Shown here: piece after piece, positions 60,597 through 64,000 of the stretch
Layout of the letters: each line of letters starts with the position of its first letter
Position numbering within the stretch: position 1 is the stretch's first letter
Source of the DNA: Candidatus Aalborgicola lynettensis
GTDB lineage: Bacteria > Pseudomonadota > Gammaproteobacteria > Burkholderiales > Burkholderiaceae_C
Direction: 5' to 3'
NCBI GenBank assembly: GCA_016719405.1
Contig: JADJZE010000019.1
Location: 13,580 to 77,579 of the forward strand
DNA length: 64,000 bases
Program-made: the position numbers and the translations under genes
Notes under the pieces: model-generated
Database searches by the model: none
The model's input: only the letters and a program-made list of their open reading frames with translations
Told to the model about the DNA's origin: nothing

Positions 60597-61818
60597 TGTC
60601 CGCAACACACCAGCCCGCCGTGGTCAACACCGTGATCACCCACCACACCCTCAGCGACTTCGATTTCGAACTCCCTCCCCGGAGCTGATCGCGCAGCACC
60701 CCGCCCCCGAACGCAGCGGATCGCCTGCTGGATGGCACCCCAACCACTGGCGAACCCACCGACCGCATCTTTCGCGACCTGCACACCCTGCTGCGGGCCG
60801 GTGATCTGGGGGTGTTTAACGACACCAGGTCATCAACGCCCGCCTGTTTGGTAACAAACCGCCGCCTCCAGGCTCCGCCGCTGCGCGGTCGCTGCCCCGC
60901 ACGGGGGCGAAGGCGACTGGGGGCCCGGCGTCGCCTTGCCCACCAAGCCCACCGGCGGCAAGGTCGAGCTGTTGATTGAACGGGTGGAAGGCGGCAACCA
61001 GGTGGCGGCGCACTGCGTGTGAGCAAAAAGCCGGAGGTCGGCACCACACTCACGCTGATCGGCGCACCCGGCACGCACGAGAACCTGCGCGCCACCCTGT
61101 TGGGGCGCTGGCCAAGAAGAGGTCGGAGGTATGTTCCGCTTTGTGCTGAGTAACGACGCCGGTGACGACCCTTACACGCTGATGGGGGAACGCCACGGCC
61201 GTATGCGCCGCTGCCGCCCTACATCACCCACAGCGATTCGGCGGAGGATGCCCTGCGTTACCAGACCGTGTTGGCAAAAATCCCGGCGCCGTGGCGGCCC
61301 CCGCACTGCCGCGCTGCACTTCGATGAAGCCCTGCTGGCCCAATTGGACGCCATGGGTGCAGCAGGCCCATGTCACCCGCACGTAGGCGCGGGCACCTTC
61401 CAGCCGGTGCAAGACCGAAAACCTGGCCGAGCACCAGATGCACAGCGAGTGGTACGCAGTGCCCGAGTCCACCCAGCAAGCCATCGCCGCTTGCAAGGCA
61501 CGCGGTGGGGGCATCGTCGCCGTGGGCACCACCATGCGCACGCTGGAAAGCTGGGCGCTCAGCGGCGTGGCGCGCGGCGACACGCGCATCTTCATCACAC
61601 CGGGGTTTGAATTCAAGCTGATTGATCTGCTGGTGACCAACTTCCACCTACCCAAGTCCAGCCTGATGATGCTGGTCAGCGCCTTTGCGGGGTATGACCA
61701 CATCAGGCCCTGCCACCGCACCTGCGATTGCGCGGCAGTACCGTTTTTTCAGCTACGGCGACGCCGGCCACTTGCTGGCGCGCCAGACCGCAGGCCCTGC
61801 AGCGGCCACTCAGTCTAA
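60597..61818 (+). pseudogene. queA: S-adenosylmethionine:tRNA ribosyltransferase-isomerase with multiple frameshifts and a family B insert
   Basis: QueA segments appear in all three frames: LSDFDFELPP, RIFRDLHTLLRAGDL.VFNDT, GGKVELLIE, PLPPYITHSDSAEDALRYQT, and [37 protein letters not shown]...[26 protein letters not shown]. Confidence 0.8.
60859..60947 (+). repeat. Family B GC-rich element inside queA
   Basis: GGCTCCGCCGCTGCGCGGTCGCTGCCCCGCACGGGGGCGAA matches the recG unit core. It is followed by the palindrome GAAGGCGAC..GTCGCCTT. Confidence 0.75.
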
Positions 61819-62090
61819 CTTTCATGGTGCTTGGCGACGCCCCGGATGGTAAAGTTTGGGGGACCATGAACTTGAATGGTCGCAATACCTATCTCAGCCA
61901 CTCTGTGCGCTACGGCCCAGATGGTGCGTCTGTGGGAGCCCACCGCTGCCAGCCGTGCAGTTTGAAAGCGATTTTTGCAGCCCGGTTGTGGGGGGAATGC
62001 GGCATGGTGGTTTCCTGAGTGACATGGCGGGGTGTGTATCCGTGTAATCGGGTGGTCCATCACAACTAACACCACCGGGGTATCACAACC

Positions 62091-63842
62091 ATGAATTTGC
62101 GTTTTTTTCAAATTTTTGGCTTGGGCCTGGTGGGTCTTGTCGTGGCATTGCTGGTGGGGAAGTGGTTGGGTCAACACCACCCGGCTGGCGTCGGATTTTC
62201 ACCAGTCGGTGGATATGGCGCGCCGCGCTACAAGCTGTCAGAGCCAACATGATGCGCACGATGCCATTCGCGGCGACGTGCCGCTGGCACTGGTGGGCGC
62301 CACCAATGCCGATGCCAAGCAAATTGAAGAGTCACAGAAAGATCTGGCAGCGCATGCCCGAAACATTTACCAAAGCCCTGCAAGCCATTACCGAGTTGCC
62401 GGTTGCGCCGGAAATCAAGGCTTTGGTAGCGGAAACCTTGCCCTTGGTGAAAACGTACACGATGCCGGGCAAGCGGTGATCCAGACGCCAAGGGGTGATG
62501 CTGCGGCGCAGGCGCTGGTGCCGGAGTTTCAGAAGCAGTTTGCTGCGTTGGAAAAGCTTGATGGCCGATCAGGACGCGCGATTGAAAAAGCCACCAAGGC
62601 GTACCAGATAAACGCCGAATCGTCCGTGCAGCTGGTCCGTTTGCTGGCTTTGGCCCTGGTCTTGGGAGGCGCGGTGCTGATTATCGGCGCCTGGCGGAAC
62701 ACCCGCCAAATGGAGGCGCCCATGCTGCACGCGGTGCGCATTGCCGATCAGTTGGCCCATGGTGATCTGACCGGAAAGGTGCAGGTGCAAGGCAGTGCGG
62801 AAATTAATCAACTGTTGCGCTTTGGCCACCATGCAGGCCAATCTGGCGGATATTGTGGGGCGCGTAAAATCGGGCTCAGCGGGCGTGGCCACTGCGAGTG
62901 CCGAGAATGCCGGGCAACCACGATTTGTCGGCCCGCACCGAGCAGCAGGCCAGTGCGCTGGAGCAAACCTCGGCCTCCATGGGGGAGTGGGCTCCACCGT
63001 GAATCAAAACGCCGACTCCCGCCCGCACCGCCAACCAGTTGGCCGTGAGTGCCTCCACCATTGCCGAAGAAGGCGGCAACGTGGTGGGCCAGGTGGTTGA
63101 AACCATGAAGGGCATTAACGAGGCCTCGCAAAAAATCTCCGACATCATCAGCGTGATTGACGGCATTGCCTTCCAGACCCAACATCCTGGCCCCGAACGC
63201 GGCGGTCGAGGCAGCCCGTGCCGGCGAGCAGGGCTGGGGCTTGCAGTGGTGGCGTCAGAGGTGCGCGCTGGCCGGGCGCTCGGCTGAGGCGGCCAAAGAA
63301 AATCAAGACCCTTATTGGTGCCAGCGTCCGAGCGGGTGGCACATGGCACCACGCTGGTGGACCAGGCGGTGTAACATGACCGAGGTGGTGAGCGGCATCA
63401 AGCGGGTGACCGACATCATGGGCGAGATCAGCGCCGCCAGCAGCGAACAAAGCCAGGTGTTGGCCGGGTGGGCGAAGCGGTGTCGCAAATGGACCAGACC
63501 ACGCAGCAAAACGCGGCCTTGGTGGAAGAAATGGCGGCTGCAGCCAGCGGACTCAGAAGCAGGCCGATGATGATCTGGTGCAGACTGTGGCGGTATTCAA
63601 ATTGGCCGATGGCCGAGGTGCAGCAACCGTCAAAGCCCCCATCCGCGCCAGCACACCCAAGGTATCTTTGGTGTGGGGTTGGTAGGCGCAGCACAGCGCC
63701 AGTGGGTCAACCCGCCGCCGGTGCACTACCGTCGGCTACTACGCCCAAGCCTGCACTTGCCGACCACCCGTGTTAGCCGCTACCGCAGGGCCCAGCCCAA
63801 ACCGCGCCAGCCCGGTAGCGTTGAAGAGTGGGAAACGTTTTG
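62091..63842 (+). pseudogene. Methyl-accepting chemotaxis protein (MCP3) with many frameshifts
   Basis: Starts MNLRFFQIFGLGLVGLVVALLVG, with HAMP and MA domain fragments spread over at least 6 ORF-track pieces. It ends ...VEEWETF with the stop at 63840-63842. Confidence 0.8.
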
Positions 63843-64000
63843 ATTGAATGGGCTGATTAATGGCGCCGAGCGCTGGTGCAGCCACTGGCCGTCGGCTTGC
63901 TGAGGTAGCAAAGCCGGTCGTGCAGGCAGCTTTTGCGGCCCTGCCAGAACGCCCAGCGTCATGGCGCACGCGGTACCGCACGCTGGCGGTAAAACTCGGT

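Noticed and set aside
63739-63981. Short minus-strand ORFs at the right edge
   Set aside because: They have no motifs, overlap the MCP3 tail or the error-rich region, and run into the window edge. There is not enough information to call them.

Overview
This window looks like a core-chromosome segment of a GC-rich betaproteobacterium. Gene order and protein sequences look Burkholderiales/Comamonadaceae-like, but that is inference with no database search.

Gene content, left to right:
- ntrX/ntrY-like two-component pair, DUF4390 and rsmB.
- The conserved minus-strand block tRNA-Tyr/Gly/Thr, tuf, tRNA-Trp, secE, nusG, rplKAJL, rpoB, rpoC.
- ung.
- A trpE / chorismate-mutase-like / trpG / trpD / trpC operon.
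- Three tandem chalcone-isomerase-like periplasmic protein genes; the third is frameshifted.
- Two intact MCPs with near-identical signalling domains in inverted orientation. These flank a PAS-GGDEF-EAL gene, rpe, apaG, thiL, pgpA and pncC.
- A YecA-like gene and an FMN glutamate-synthase-family gene.
- A PIN toxin gene, a THUMP RNA methyltransferase and a HEPN/MNT pair.
- rpoN, lptB, lptA.
- SPOR proteins, tRNA-Pro, a Sel1-repeat protein, dsbA, argS, psiF, ubiA.
- oxyR, an unknown gene, and recG.
- A lipoprotein gene, then a decayed or error-rich stretch containing queA and a third MCP.

No rRNA, CRISPR array, transposase, integrase or prophage was seen.

The most interesting signals are repeats that the gene list does not explain:
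1. A dispersed ~58-nt two-hairpin element with 5-6 copies. One copy lies in frame inside thiL, one at the 5' end of pncC, and one supplies the stop codons of two convergent genes.
2. A GC-rich ~80-90-nt element inserted in frame into recG (81-bp tandem copies), queA and, as a longer relative, trpE.
3. A (GGCAGT)n microsatellite encoding a Gly-Ser tract at the N-terminus of PncC.
4. A (CGTAACC)4 heptamer array in a promoter region.
5. A recent tandem triplication of the CHI-like genes.
6. Clustered homopolymer frameshifts in recG, queA, MCP3 and CHI copy 3. These are either real gene decay or sequence errors.

All coordinates and translations come from reading the sequence and the ORF track. 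No searches were run.
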